A DNA stretch of 45,968 nucleotides, from assembly GCA_964541495.1 (NCBI GenBank), contig CAZIRN010000001.1, positions 1-45,968 of the forward strand, in the 5' to 3' direction. This stretch comes from an uncultured Rikenella sp. GTDB lineage: Bacteria; Bacteroidota; Bacteroidia; Bacteroidales; VadinHA17. Each line of letters opens with the position of its first letter. Positions within the stretch are counted from its first letter, which is position 1. This document shows positions 29,267 through 38,791 of this stretch, piece after piece. Position numbers and translations under genes: made by a program. The notes below the pieces were generated by a model. The model was not told the origin of the DNA. It ran no database searches and saw only the letters and a program-made list of their open reading frames with translations.

Positions 29267-29761
29267 ATGAAAAACAAGGGAGAAATACTTGGCGAAATCC
29301 TTTCAGAATTCAATGACTGTTACTTCTTCCTTCACAACACCCGCGACCAGAACATTGCCGAAAAAATAATGAAGGATGGGTTCAGATATGAAAGCCAGCT
29401 TCCGCACTCAACCGACAGAGTGAATCCTAAAGAGCCGATCGAAATAACTTATTTTCTTTTCCAGAGAAAAGAATATGGGATATATACAGTAGTAATTGCA
29501 ATTCCGAGAGAGATATACGAAAGGTACATAAAGCTTTCGAATATGCTCGACATTCCGGTAGAGGAAGTTATGAGTACAGAAAAACCATGGCTAAACGATA
29601 ATGATGAACTTGTTTACACTATATCTGCAAAACATGTTCTGGGGTATTTCAATGGCAAAACATCTGAATTCCGCAGGAATTCACAATGGGATCCCTATTT
29701 TGATTCTACTGAATATAAAACTTTCAGGAGAAGGCCGCCTGCTGATATAATTCCAAAATAA
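29267..29761 (+). CDS. Hypothetical protein (164 aa), no signal peptide; possible minimal ADP-ribosyltransferase-like fold
   Basis: Clean isolated ORF with an ATG start. I do not recognise the family. By eye there is an H-Y-E-like pattern (FFLHNTRDQNIAEKIMKDGF, EYGIYTVV, NDELVYTI). Confidence 0.5.
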   Translation: MKNKGEILGEILSEFNDCYFFLHNTRDQNIAEKIMKDGFRYESQLPHSTDRVNPKEPIEITYFLFQRKEYGIYTVVIAIPREIYERYIKLSNMLDIPVEEVMSTEKPWLNDNDELVYTISAKHVLGYFNGKTSEFRRNSQWDPYFDSTEYKTFRRRPPADIIPK

Positions 29762-29808
29762 CCGGCATAGGCATAATAATTTCTTTCCTGTAAATCTGAA
29801 AAAACAAA

Positions 29809-29844
29809 GCAGATCGCTCTGCTGCTATGCATGAAGCGACCTGC
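29809..29844 (-). terminator. Candidate rho-independent terminator for the 229-aa gene
   Basis: 10-bp stem with one mismatch, GCAGATCGCT / AGCGACCTGC, and a 16-nt loop. On the minus strand the hairpin is followed by TTTGTTTTTT. Confidence 0.45.
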
Positions 29845-29864
29845 CTGTTAGGATGGAAATCTAA

Positions 29865-30554
29865 CTAATAAGTCTGAAGTGAAATTCTGAAAAAACCTGT
29901 TGCTTTCGAGGATTCGATCTTAAAAATCCACTCGCCTCTCTTGTCTTTGTTTTCCTCGTCTGATATCGTAAAAGATTTCCTCCAGTTGAGGTTTCCCGAT
30001 TCATCTATCACAATATCCGAATAGGTTTTCCCGCCCGGCATAATTATCTTCACTTTTATTTCTCCAGCCTTACAATCGCCACTGATATTCATTACAACAT
30101 TCTTCACGCTTTCTTCGACTTCGAATGAAAACTGACGGGAAAACGACGATTCTTTAACGCTTTTTGCAAATTCGAACGATGTCCTTTCAGAATCTCCGCT
30201 TCCTCTCCATAAATTAAATCCAAAATCCTGGGGATTTACATAAAAAGGTTGATCACCTCCTTCACGGCCAATATAATATTCCCTGTTGGTTCTTGAAGGA
30301 TTGTTTAGATCAGCACGACCGGCTGAACGTTCTGCTTCCTGTATAATAGTCTTTCCCTTTTCCAGCTCTCCTGCTTGCTGTTCAATAACTTTTGCCTGCC
30401 CGGCCATTACCTTCTTCTGTTCATCTATAGCCTGCTGAAGCCTGGCTTCCTTTTCCTTATCCGCCTGAGTTTTTTCCTGACCAATGGTTAACGGACCCGA
30501 AAAACTCATTATAACAAGGGATAATATTGCCGAATAAATAATTATTGTTTTCAT
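29865..30554 (-). CDS. Secreted hypothetical protein (coiled-coil N-terminal region plus beta-rich C-terminal domain)
   Basis: 229 aa. Signal peptide MKTIIIYSAILSLVIMSFSG, a Q/E/K-rich helical segment, then a beta-rich domain. Divergent from the two-component operon. Confidence 0.6.
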   Translation of the reverse strand: MKTIIIYSAILSLVIMSFSGPLTIGQEKTQADKEKEARLQQAIDEQKKVMAGQAKVIEQQAGELEKGKTIIQEAERSAGRADLNNPSRTNREYYIGREGGDQPFYVNPQDFGFNLWRGSGDSERTSFEFAKSVKESSFSRQFSFEVEESVKNVVMNISGDCKAGEIKVKIIMPGGKTYSDIVIDESGNLNWRKSFTISDEENKDKRGEWIFKIESSKATGFFRISLQTY

Positions 30555-30612
30555 AGCTGCCTCCTCTTACTAATTTGACTATGTAAAAATACATCATAAA
30601 TAATCCGGATTG

Positions 30613-30641
30613 TGTTAACACGAGGTTAATGTAAGGTTAAT
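30613..30641. promoter_or_regulatory. Three 11-bp-phased direct repeats TGTTAAC / GGTTAAT / GGTTAAT (candidate OmpR-family response-regulator site)
   Basis: Read directly, with repeat starts at 30613, 30624 and 30635. Lies 59-87 bp upstream of the 229-aa gene start, in the divergent spacer shared with the HK-RR operon. Confidence 0.35.
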
Positions 30642-30787
30642 CATTCCAACTCTTTCCGCCGATGGGCCGGAGAGAGAGAAAAACATAGAGAAGCAAGGAA
30701 AAGGGTGAGTTTATGAAAAATTCCAATGAAAAATTCAATTCAAAAATTGTTAATAACGGAACTCCCGGACCTTGAGCAGAAAGAAAC

Positions 30788-32230
30788 ATGAGAAAATATG
30801 AAATAAAGAAAATTGAGTACTTTTATGTCATTGAAAATTTCATGAAAGAGAAGAATGGTATACTGATTTTTGGAATCGTTTCTATTGTGATTCTGATTTT
30901 AGTACAGATATTCATCACAAAAGATATCTGGACGGATAAGAATGAGATGTTCGACCTTAAATACAAACTGCTCTCTCAGGAGGCTATGGAACAGCTTAAC
31001 AGAATGAGCAGAACCGACGGCTTTGAAAATGCGCTTGGACTGCTCAATAACTATTCGAAAGAAGTTATGAATCAGGAATATAAGACGATAAAAGACTCAT
31101 CGGAACTTAAAAAACTCAGGTATGATGCATTAAATGCAGTGATAAAGATTCTTACCGAACTCGAAAGCCTCACTCCATACCTTAAAAATTATTTCCGAAC
31201 TCAGGGGTTCGAGAGTGACTTCTCGAATGACATCGTAATAAATTACCTCCAGTTCCTCGATTTTGACAATAAGCTCGAGATATATGCCAATCCCGATTTG
31301 TTTCCTGCAAGGACTATTCCAGATGTAGAATCCCGCTCGAACACAAAAACACGAATTCTTGTAAACAGATTTTTTAGAGAGGATAACTATTACAGAATTA
31401 GTTTCGATTATTATATTGATTTCTCCGGAAAACAGAAAATGGTCTTAAGAGAAATGTCTATCTATCTTGCCATGAGTATTTTCAGTATTCTCGTGGTGAT
31501 GGTGATATTCATCATTACTTACCACAACCTGATGGAAGAAAAAAGGCTTTCGAACCTCAAGACCGATTTTATCAACAACATGACGCATGAAATAAAAACA
31601 CCCCTTTCAACCATTACAGTGGCAGGAAAAACACTCGAGATGGAGCAGATAAGAAAAGATGAAAGCAAAATACTCGAAACTGCAAGGCTTATCGGTAAAC
31701 AAAGTGTCCATCTCAACCAGCTTATCAATCTGATTCTTGAAATAAGTATGTGGGAAAGAACCCAGTTTCAGCTTGATAAGAAAGAAGTCGAAATACAGGA
31801 ATTCATTCAGGATATAGTGAGTAGTTTTAAGAGTGGCAATAACGATACTGCCACCATTATCGAAAATTACGAACTAAATGGAATAAAAACAAAGGTTGAT
31901 GTCGTATATTTTACAACTATGATTAACAATCTGCTTTCCAATGCAGTAAAATATTCCGATAAAAACCCTGTAATAAAGGTGGAAGGTAAACTAATCAAAG
32001 ATAATATCGTTATTTCCATCGAAGACAATGGAATAGGAATAAGTAAACAAGACCAGCAACATATTTTCGATAAGTTCTATCGTGTGAGCCAGGGCAACAT
32101 TCACAAGACAAAAGGGCTTGGGCTCGGGCTTTATTATGTAAAAAGAATCGCTGTGGCTCACGGAGGAACAGTAACAGTTACAAGCAGGCTTGGAGCAGGA
32201 AGCTGTTTTACTATTATCATACCGAAATAA
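30788..32230 (+). CDS. Sensor histidine kinase (two TM helices, HisKA + HATPase_c)
   Basis: H-box FINNMTHEIKTPLSTI, N-box LLSNAVKYS, G-boxes IEDNGIGI and GLGLGLYYV. Alternative start at ATG 30842, just before the first TM helix. Confidence 0.9.
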   Translation: MRKYEIKKIEYFYVIENFMKEKNGILIFGIVSIVILILVQIFITKDIWTDKNEMFDLKYKLLSQEAMEQLNRMSRTDGFENALGLLNNYSKEVMNQEYKTIKDSSELKKLRYDALNAVIKILTELESLTPYLKNYFRTQGFESDFSNDIVINYLQFLDFDNKLEIYANPDLFPARTIPDVESRSNTKTRILVNRFFREDNYYRISFDYYIDFSGKQKMVLREMSIYLAMSIFSILVVMVIFIITYHNLMEEKRLSNLKTDFINNMTHEIKTPLSTITVAGKTLEMEQIRKDESKILETARLIGKQSVHLNQLINLILEISMWERTQFQLDKKEVEIQEFIQDIVSSFKSGNNDTATIIENYELNGIKTKVDVVYFTTMINNLLSNAVKYSDKNPVIKVEGKLIKDNIVISIEDNGIGISKQDQQHIFDKFYRVSQGNIHKTKGLGLGLYYVKRIAVAHGGTVTVTSRLGAGSCFTIIIPK

Positions 32231-32245
32231 TTAAATATCATTGAT

Positions 32246-32935
32246 ATGAAAGTACTCATTGCAGAAGACGACAGGGATTTTGGCAATATTCTGGCGCAGT
32301 ATGTTTCCATAAGCGGATTCGATGTGAAGCTTGCACGGGACGGAAAAGAAGCATGGGAAATGTTCAATAACGAGAAACCCGATATTTGTGTGTTCGATGT
32401 CATGATGCCTGAGATGGACGGTTTTACTCTTGCCGAAAAAGTCAAGAATGCTGCTCCGGAAATACCTTTTATATTTCTCACTGCAAAAAGCCTGAAAGAG
32501 GATATTGTGAAAGGGCTTAAACTTGGGGCCGACGACTATATTACAAAGCCGTTCGACCCTGAAGTATTGATTCTGAGAATCAATAACATTCTCAAAAGAG
32601 CATACTCATCGGCAAACGAAGAATATACAATTTCAAAATCGGAGCTTAAATTCAATACGCTCGAGCTGATTTCGGGTAAGAAGAAAGAAAAACTGACACT
32701 GAAAGAAGCTCAGCTTTTAAGATATTTCATTCTGAATAAGAACAAAATACTTACACGTGAGGATATTCTGACGGAGATATGGGGTGAGGATGATTATTTT
32801 CTTGGAAGGAGCATGGATGTGTTCATAAGCCGGCTAAGGAAATACCTGTCGGAGGATAAAGGAATTGATATACGTACAGTAAGGGGTACAGGATTCATAC
32901 TCGAGGAAGTCACGAACCGGGAAGGTGAAGAATAA
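32246..32935 (+). CDS. OmpR/PhoB-family response regulator
   Basis: Receiver domain (MKVLIAEDD, DICVFDVMMPEMDG, LTAK) plus a winged-helix effector domain (LTLKEAQLLRYF, VFISRLRKYL, IRTVRGTGF). Confidence 0.95.
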   Translation: MKVLIAEDDRDFGNILAQYVSISGFDVKLARDGKEAWEMFNNEKPDICVFDVMMPEMDGFTLAEKVKNAAPEIPFIFLTAKSLKEDIVKGLKLGADDYITKPFDPEVLILRINNILKRAYSSANEEYTISKSELKFNTLELISGKKKEKLTLKEAQLLRYFILNKNKILTREDILTEIWGEDDYFLGRSMDVFISRLRKYLSEDKGIDIRTVRGTGFILEEVTNREGEE

Positions 32936-32947
32936 AGCAAAATAAAA

Positions 32948-32978
32948 GCGCCGTTAAATTCAACGGCGCCAGGTTTTT
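32948..32978. terminator. Bidirectional terminator hairpin between convergent genes
   Basis: GCGCCGTT-aaattc-AACGGCGC, a perfect 8-bp GC-rich stem. It is followed by a T-run (caggttttt) and preceded by an A-rich stretch. Confidence 0.7.
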
Positions 32979-32993
32979 CCAATATCGAACTGT

Positions 32994-34076
32994 TTAATTA
33001 GCCTTGACGTTTGCGTTGAGCATAAGTATTACCTCCGAATTCGACGGGTCGTTCGTGTAAACGTATATTGCTTTTGTTACCTTACCCTTATAAGAACCGG
33101 AGTTGAATGTTGCTTTTATTGACCCTGATTCTCCAGGTTTTACAATATTGCTGCTGCTCTGATTAACGGCAGTACAGCCGCATGTGGAGCGTATATGTCT
33201 TATTATCAAGTCACTTTTTCCCTCATTTGTAAACTTGAATTCGACATCCTTATTTGTCGAAGGAGGCATATCTCCGATGTCAACCGTTGCAGAGGCAACT
33301 TTAAAAACCGGCGCATTTGCAAGTTCTTCCTTTGTAAGGGATGAAAAGTCTTCGACGAGATTTGCAGAAACATACAGATAGGTATTGTTTTGGACTTCTC
33401 CGTTGAGCTTAATCCTCACCACGTCGGTAACCGTGCCCCATCCATTATTTTTTGTTGCATCGTAAGTGCCTTCTATAACACCTTTCTGACCGGGTTTAAG
33501 TGTTTCAGGATTGGCTTTTAGCTGAAGATGTGCCGGGAGTCCGTCGAACTCAATTTTCACAGGTTCTTTAGAAGATGTGTTTATAACAGGCATCACCTTT
33601 ATTTTCTTTTCTGTTTTCTTAATTGTAGTGAAAGCAAGATGATTACTTTCGAACCTCACCTGTCCGACAGGCCATGTATAAAGCTCCTCGATAGTTTTTT
33701 CCCTCTCTTTTACCTCTCCTTTAATTACAAGAACTACCTGCCCCGGATTTGCATTGGAATAAACCGTGAGTGTTTTATTGAATGCACCGGGTCTTCCGGC
33801 AGGGTCGTAAATAGCAGTTATCACACCTTTCCCGTTGGGTGGTATAGGGGTCTTTGTCCATGTTGGAGTTGTACACCCGCACGATGCCACAACATTCTGA
33901 ATAACCAGAGGAGCATTGCCGGTATTAGTCACTTCGAAATTATATGTCTGCCGGCCGGCATCTTCCCTGAAAACTCCGAAATCGTGCTCATATTCAGAAA
34001 CCTGCATTTTGGGTTGAGCTACCAGCGAAACAACCCCGAAAACAGAAACAAAAAAAACTGAAAATACCCTTTTCAT
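32994..34076 (-). CDS. DUF1573 domain-containing secreted protein (two DUF1573 modules)
   Basis: 360 aa with a signal peptide. Two copies of the characteristic F.F.N.G...L.I..V..SCGCT motif (VASCGCTTPTW and IRSTCGCTAV). Confidence 0.85.
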   Translation of the reverse strand: MKRVFSVFFVSVFGVVSLVAQPKMQVSEYEHDFGVFREDAGRQTYNFEVTNTGNAPLVIQNVVASCGCTTPTWTKTPIPPNGKGVITAIYDPAGRPGAFNKTLTVYSNANPGQVVLVIKGEVKEREKTIEELYTWPVGQVRFESNHLAFTTIKKTEKKIKVMPVINTSSKEPVKIEFDGLPAHLQLKANPETLKPGQKGVIEGTYDATKNNGWGTVTDVVRIKLNGEVQNNTYLYVSANLVEDFSSLTKEELANAPVFKVASATVDIGDMPPSTNKDVEFKFTNEGKSDLIIRHIRSTCGCTAVNQSSSNIVKPGESGSIKATFNSGSYKGKVTKAIYVYTNDPSNSEVILMLNANVKAN

Positions 34077-34409
34077 AAGCAGTATATTTTTATTATGCTT
34101 TCACTTTCAATGTTATTATAACTAATATTTCATCCATTTTGTTGCATCTCTTCTCATCAAATTACAGGCCATTTTTGAGACAATAAAATTAAGCATTATT
34201 GTACAATTTTTTATATCACGTCCAATATTATTTTTCATAGCTACTTAATTTGATCAGATTAGTATATGTATGATTATGAGAATGATCTTCAGTGCAACCT
34301 GAATTTTGTTTGTTTTATCTCTTCCCAAAAATTAGCTTTATACTTTGAACAAGATTTAATATTTTTGGACAGATGATAAAAGCTCTTTGAAAACTAAATC
34401 CGAATTTCT

Positions 34410-35258
34410 ATGAAGAAAAACAAGATTATCCTGTTGCTGATCCTTATTTTTATATTCTTGCCGACTGATGTTGTATTCGGGAAGAAACCGCAATTTCCAT
34501 TTCTGATTATTCAGATGACCGACCCACAGTTTGGCTTTATTGAGAATAATAAGGATTTCACTAAAGAAACATTGCTGTATGAAAAAGCCATTGAAAAGAT
34601 AAACAGCATTAACCCGGCTTTTGTGGTCATTACCGGTGATTTCGTTAATGATAGATCAAATGCAGGCCAATGGAACGAATTTGACAGGATTACAGGTCAA
34701 ATAAATAAAACTATTCATGTGTGGCTTTTACCAGGGAACCATGATATCGGACGATCCCCGTCAAATGAAGATATTGATCAGTACGTAAGCAGATATGGAT
34801 ACGACAGATTTTCATTCAGGCATAAAAAATGCCTTTGCATAGGATTGAATACATGCATTATCAAATCGGGTAATAATGAGCTGGAGCAAAGACAGTTTGA
34901 ATGGCTTGAGAAAAAACTTAAATCAGGGAAAAATGATCGTCATATAATACTTTTCGGACATTATCCATTCTTTATTAAGAGCCCTGACGAACCTGAGACA
35001 TATTCGAATATTAAACCCGAGTTAAGGAAGAAGTATCTTGATCTTTTTAACCAGTATAATGTTTCGGCTGTGTTTTCAGGACATTTGCATGATAATGCTG
35101 AATCTGTAAGCGGAAATACAAAAATGGTAGTAACAAGTGCAGTAGGAAAACCACTTGGTGATGCACCATCGGGATTAAGGATCATAAAAGTATATAAAGA
35201 CCGGATTGAGCATGAATATTATCCGCTTGATCTGATACCAGATCAGGTATACGACTGA
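34410..35258 (+). CDS. Secreted calcineurin-like metallophosphoesterase (CpdA/GpdQ-like)
   Basis: Signal peptide. Metallophos motifs IQMTDPQ, ITGDFVND, LPGNHD, GHYP and SGHLH. Confidence 0.85.
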   Translation: MKKNKIILLLILIFIFLPTDVVFGKKPQFPFLIIQMTDPQFGFIENNKDFTKETLLYEKAIEKINSINPAFVVITGDFVNDRSNAGQWNEFDRITGQINKTIHVWLLPGNHDIGRSPSNEDIDQYVSRYGYDRFSFRHKKCLCIGLNTCIIKSGNNELEQRQFEWLEKKLKSGKNDRHIILFGHYPFFIKSPDEPETYSNIKPELRKKYLDLFNQYNVSAVFSGHLHDNAESVSGNTKMVVTSAVGKPLGDAPSGLRIIKVYKDRIEHEYYPLDLIPDQVYD

Positions 35259-35277
35259 GCAGACACCTGATCTGGTA
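35236..35277. terminator. 13-bp perfect inverted repeat between convergent genes (hairpin spans the metallophosphoesterase stop codon)
   Basis: TACCAGATCAGGT (35236-48) / ACCTGATCTGGTA (35265-77) with a 16-nt loop. Located between the 3' ends of 34410-35258 (+) and iolG (-). Confidence 0.5.
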
Positions 35278-35307
35278 GTATTTCAATAATATCAAACGAT
35301 TTGGATA

Positions 35308-36333
35308 TTACCGAATTTCACTCAATTTGACCGGTCTATTCTCCAGATGTGATTTTTTAGCGGCAAGTGCTATTACAACTGACATCAATCCATCTTGCCC
35401 TGACACAGGAGGTTTCTTATCGTTTATTACCGCATCGCAGAATATCTTCATTTCATTGGCATAAGCATCAATATATCGGTCCATAAAGAAATTATAAGGT
35501 AATGATCCATGGACTCCGTCATCAGCAAAATATTTATGGTTGTCGGGGAAATTATTATCTGCTAATGCCATTCCTTTTGATCCAAAAATCTCCACCCTCT
35601 GATCATAACCATATACTGCCTTACGGCTGTTATCAATAACTCCGATAGCACCATTGGCAAAACTGAGAGTGATTACTGCAGTATCAATATCACCTGCTTT
35701 CCCGATTTCAGGATCAACAAGCACTGCCGATTTTGCAAAAACTTCGGTCACTTCGCTGCCTGTAATATATCTGGCCATATCAAAATCATGGATAGTCATA
35801 TCCATAAACATTCCTCCCGACACAGCACTATATTCAGCAGGAGGTGGTGCAGGATCGCGTGAAGTTATCTTAAGGATATGTGGCTCACCTATTTTCCCGT
35901 CAGCAACAAGCTGGTGGATTTTCAGAAAATTAGGATCAAAACGGCGGTTGAAGCCTACCATTAGCTTCACTCCGGCCTTTTCAACTTCATTTATTGCGTT
36001 TTTTATAACTTCAATGGAAAGATCAACTGGTTTTTCACAGAAAATATGCTTTCCTGCTCTGGCCGAATCAATAATATATTTTGCATGTGTATCAGTGGGA
36101 GAGCAAATTACAACGGCTTCAACATCAGGATGTTTTATTACACTCATATAATCTGTGAATACTGAAGCTATTCCGAACATTTTTGCCACTTCCGTGGCAA
36201 CATTAATGTTTGTGTCAGCTAGTGCGACAACGTCTGCCTGCGGAACACTCTGTACAAGAGTTGCGATATGTACTTTGCCTATTCGTCCGGCACCGATTAC
36301 TCCCAATTTTAACTTTTTCATACTGTAATTCAT
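35308..36333 (-). CDS. iolG: Inositol 2-dehydrogenase (Gfo/Idh/MocA family)
   Basis: Rossmann LGVIGAGRIGKVH, EKP motif FCEKPV, GFNRRFDPNF, and SRDPAPPPAEYSAVSGGMFMDMTIHDFDMARY, which is typical of IdhA/IolG-type enzymes. Last gene of the iol operon. ATG at 36333 or 36321. Confidence 0.85.
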   Translation of the reverse strand: MNYSMKKLKLGVIGAGRIGKVHIATLVQSVPQADVVALADTNINVATEVAKMFGIASVFTDYMSVIKHPDVEAVVICSPTDTHAKYIIDSARAGKHIFCEKPVDLSIEVIKNAINEVEKAGVKLMVGFNRRFDPNFLKIHQLVADGKIGEPHILKITSRDPAPPPAEYSAVSGGMFMDMTIHDFDMARYITGSEVTEVFAKSAVLVDPEIGKAGDIDTAVITLSFANGAIGVIDNSRKAVYGYDQRVEIFGSKGMALADNNFPDNHKYFADDGVHGSLPYNFFMDRYIDAYANEMKIFCDAVINDKKPPVSGQDGLMSVVIALAAKKSHLENRPVKLSEIR

Positions 36334-36353
36334 TTTTGATATAACTTAAAAAT

Positions 36354-37253
36354 TTATAAACCAAGCGTTTTGATAAAATCCCTGTTGCGTTGAGCGCATA
36401 CTTTAGGATTTCCCATTCCTGGCAGAACATCCTGTTCCACAACTATCCAGCCTGAATATCGTTGTTTATGGAGTTCATCTACTATACTTTTAAAATCGAC
36501 AGCTCCTTTACCAAGTTCACAAAAGACTCCATTTGCCACAGATTTGAAATAATCCCAGCCCTCTTTTCTCGACCTGGCAGCAATTTCAGGGTGGCAATCC
36601 TTAAAATGAACATGCCAAATCCGGGTGTTGTATTTTTTTAGTGCTTCAAGAGGATTGCCTCCTCCAAACATATAATGACCTGTATCCAGAACAAGGCCTA
36701 CCAGAGACGGATCGGTTAGAGAAAGAAAGATATCTATTTCATCGGGAGTTTCTACATATCCCGCACAATGATGATGGAATACGGTTCGCAAACCTGTCCG
36801 GGATTTAACTTCTTTTGCAATATAGTTTGCACCATCGGCAAACACGCGCCACTCGTCGTGGCTGAGACCCATTTGAGGAGTCACTCTTCCTGCATTTTGG
36901 GTACGTTCTTTAATACTCCCGTTTTCATCAGCAAGTATTATAAATGCTTCAGAAAATCCCGCATCGGCCATCAGTTTTGCTGTTTTAACGGCGACTTCAG
37001 CCCCTGGAGTATGCCTATTCCTGTCTTTAAGAAACACGGGTACAAAAGCGCCTACCATTTCAAGGGAACGCCTATTTAGCTCTTTCCTGAGTTCAGCCGG
37101 AATTGTGGGCATGAATCCCCAGTCACCAAGTTCAGTACCCTGATAGCCGGTTTCATGAATTTCATCGAGAACCTGTTCAAAGCCGGCTGCTTTACCTTCA
37201 AGGTCAAATTCGAGTACACCCCATGAACATGGGGCATTTGCAATTTTTATCAT
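36354..37253 (-). CDS. iolE: Xylose-isomerase-like TIM-barrel protein, probable inosose dehydratase
   Basis: About 299 aa from the ATG at 37253 (the track start at 37283 is TTG). IANAPCSWGV N-terminus, VFHHHCAGYVETPDEID, LDTGHYMFGGGNP and HVHFKD resemble IolE by eye. An isomerase role within the same fold cannot be excluded. Confidence 0.65.
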   Translation of the reverse strand: MIKIANAPCSWGVLEFDLEGKAAGFEQVLDEIHETGYQGTELGDWGFMPTIPAELRKELNRRSLEMVGAFVPVFLKDRNRHTPGAEVAVKTAKLMADAGFSEAFIILADENGSIKERTQNAGRVTPQMGLSHDEWRVFADGANYIAKEVKSRTGLRTVFHHHCAGYVETPDEIDIFLSLTDPSLVGLVLDTGHYMFGGGNPLEALKKYNTRIWHVHFKDCHPEIAARSRKEGWDYFKSVANGVFCELGKGAVDFKSIVDELHKQRYSGWIVVEQDVLPGMGNPKVCAQRNRDFIKTLGL

Positions 37254-37289
37254 ATATAGTGTTTTTAAGATCCATTTAACCAAAAGATT

Positions 37290-38762
37290 TCAGAACTTTC
37301 TTGTCCATTCCTCATGCCAGCGTTCAATAACTACCTTAGTCTGAGTGTAAAATTCAACAGCATGAAATGATTGACCATGAAGGTCGCCAAAAAAGCTTTC
37401 TTTCCAGCCGCTGAAAGGGAAAAATGCTATCGGAGCTGCAATCCCTATATTAACACCAATATTCCCGGCCATAACATCGTGTCTGAATTTTCTTGCTGAT
37501 GCTCCGCTAGTCGTGAAAATACTTGCAGCGTTGCCATAACTGCTCTGATTGGCAATATTGATAGCTTCGTCGAGGGAATCAACATTATTGATAATTATCA
37601 CCGGTCCGAAAATTTCAGTATTATAAATCTCACTTTTTATGTCAACATTACCTAAAATTGTAGGGCCGACAAAATTGCCCTTTTCACCTCCCGGAATCTT
37701 TATTTTACGTCCATCAAGCAATAATTTAGCCCCATCATCAACTCCTTTTTGAATAAGTTTTTCAATCCTTTCCTTGCTCTCCTTAGTTATTACCGGACCT
37801 ATTTCTACTCCGGAAGTCATTCCGTTTCCGACTTTCTTTTCTTTTGAAGTCTGTATCAGCTTTTCGGTGAATATATCGCCGGCTTCTCCGACAGTTAGAA
37901 TTATAGCGGCAGCAAGGCATCTTTGTCCGGCACATCCGTAAGCGCTGTCGGCTATTATTCTAACCGTTGTGTCCACATCGGCATCCGGCATAATTACAAC
38001 CGGATTCTTTGCTCCACCCATTGCCTGAACACGCTTTCCGTTTGCTGTACCATTCTGGTAAATATACTTTGCAACTGAAGTTGATCCTACAAAACTGATT
38101 GCCCGTATGTTAGGATTCCAAAGAATACCATCGACAGTCTCTTTTCCGCCATGTACCAGATTAAGTACACCAACGGGTAAATTCAGTTCCTCAAACAATT
38201 CAAAGATACGTGTCATTGATTGCGGTACCTTTCCCGAAGGTTTGACAATATAGGTATTTCCGCAAGCCAGTGCGTATGGCATAAACCAAAATGGTATCAT
38301 CACCGGAAAATTAAAGGGTGAAATGCAAGCCCCCACCCCAATCGGCTGACGTATATAATACTCATCTATACCAGTTGCAATATCTTCCGAGAAATCACCT
38401 TGAAGTAGTTTCGGTATTCCACATGCAACCTCAATATTTTCAACAGCGCGGACTATCTCAGCTTTCGATTCTGCAAAGGTTTTTCCACATTCACCGGTAC
38501 ATATTTCAGCAATTTCATCCGAATTTTCTTCAATTATCTGTTTCATTTTGAAAAGATATTGAATTCTTTGTGATGGAGGTGTATTACGCCACTTATACCA
38601 TGCTTTCTGTGCACTATCAGCCGCATCATTAATATCTTGTTTTGATCCTGCAGGTACCTTTGCCAGAATATCCCCTGTTGCAGGATTTATTACATCACGC
38701 AGCCTGGAATCACTGCTCTCACACCATTGCCCGTTAATATAGTTTTTTAGAATTTTTGTCAT
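37290..38762 (-). CDS. iolA: CoA-acylating methylmalonate/malonate-semialdehyde dehydrogenase
   Basis: 490 aa ALDH. YINGQW, catalytic Cys region GCAGQRCLA, and overall MmsA/IolA-like sequence including a C-terminal FFGDLHGQSFHAVEFYT-type stretch. Confidence 0.9.
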   Translation of the reverse strand: MTKILKNYINGQWCESSDSRLRDVINPATGDILAKVPAGSKQDINDAADSAQKAWYKWRNTPPSQRIQYLFKMKQIIEENSDEIAEICTGECGKTFAESKAEIVRAVENIEVACGIPKLLQGDFSEDIATGIDEYYIRQPIGVGACISPFNFPVMIPFWFMPYALACGNTYIVKPSGKVPQSMTRIFELFEELNLPVGVLNLVHGGKETVDGILWNPNIRAISFVGSTSVAKYIYQNGTANGKRVQAMGGAKNPVVIMPDADVDTTVRIIADSAYGCAGQRCLAAAIILTVGEAGDIFTEKLIQTSKEKKVGNGMTSGVEIGPVITKESKERIEKLIQKGVDDGAKLLLDGRKIKIPGGEKGNFVGPTILGNVDIKSEIYNTEIFGPVIIINNVDSLDEAINIANQSSYGNAASIFTTSGASARKFRHDVMAGNIGVNIGIAAPIAFFPFSGWKESFFGDLHGQSFHAVEFYTQTKVVIERWHEEWTRKF

Positions 38763-38791
38763 AATATTGTTACTTTTTATTCATTTTTATA

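Noticed and set aside
13463-36151. Long antisense ORFs nested in confidently identified genes (13463-13900, 20026-20483, 21136-21594, 33528-34061, 35654-36151 and many shorter ones in the track)
   Set aside because: Each lies entirely inside a gene with strong family signatures on the other strand. None shows a recognisable motif. They are expected by chance in long ORF-bearing regions.
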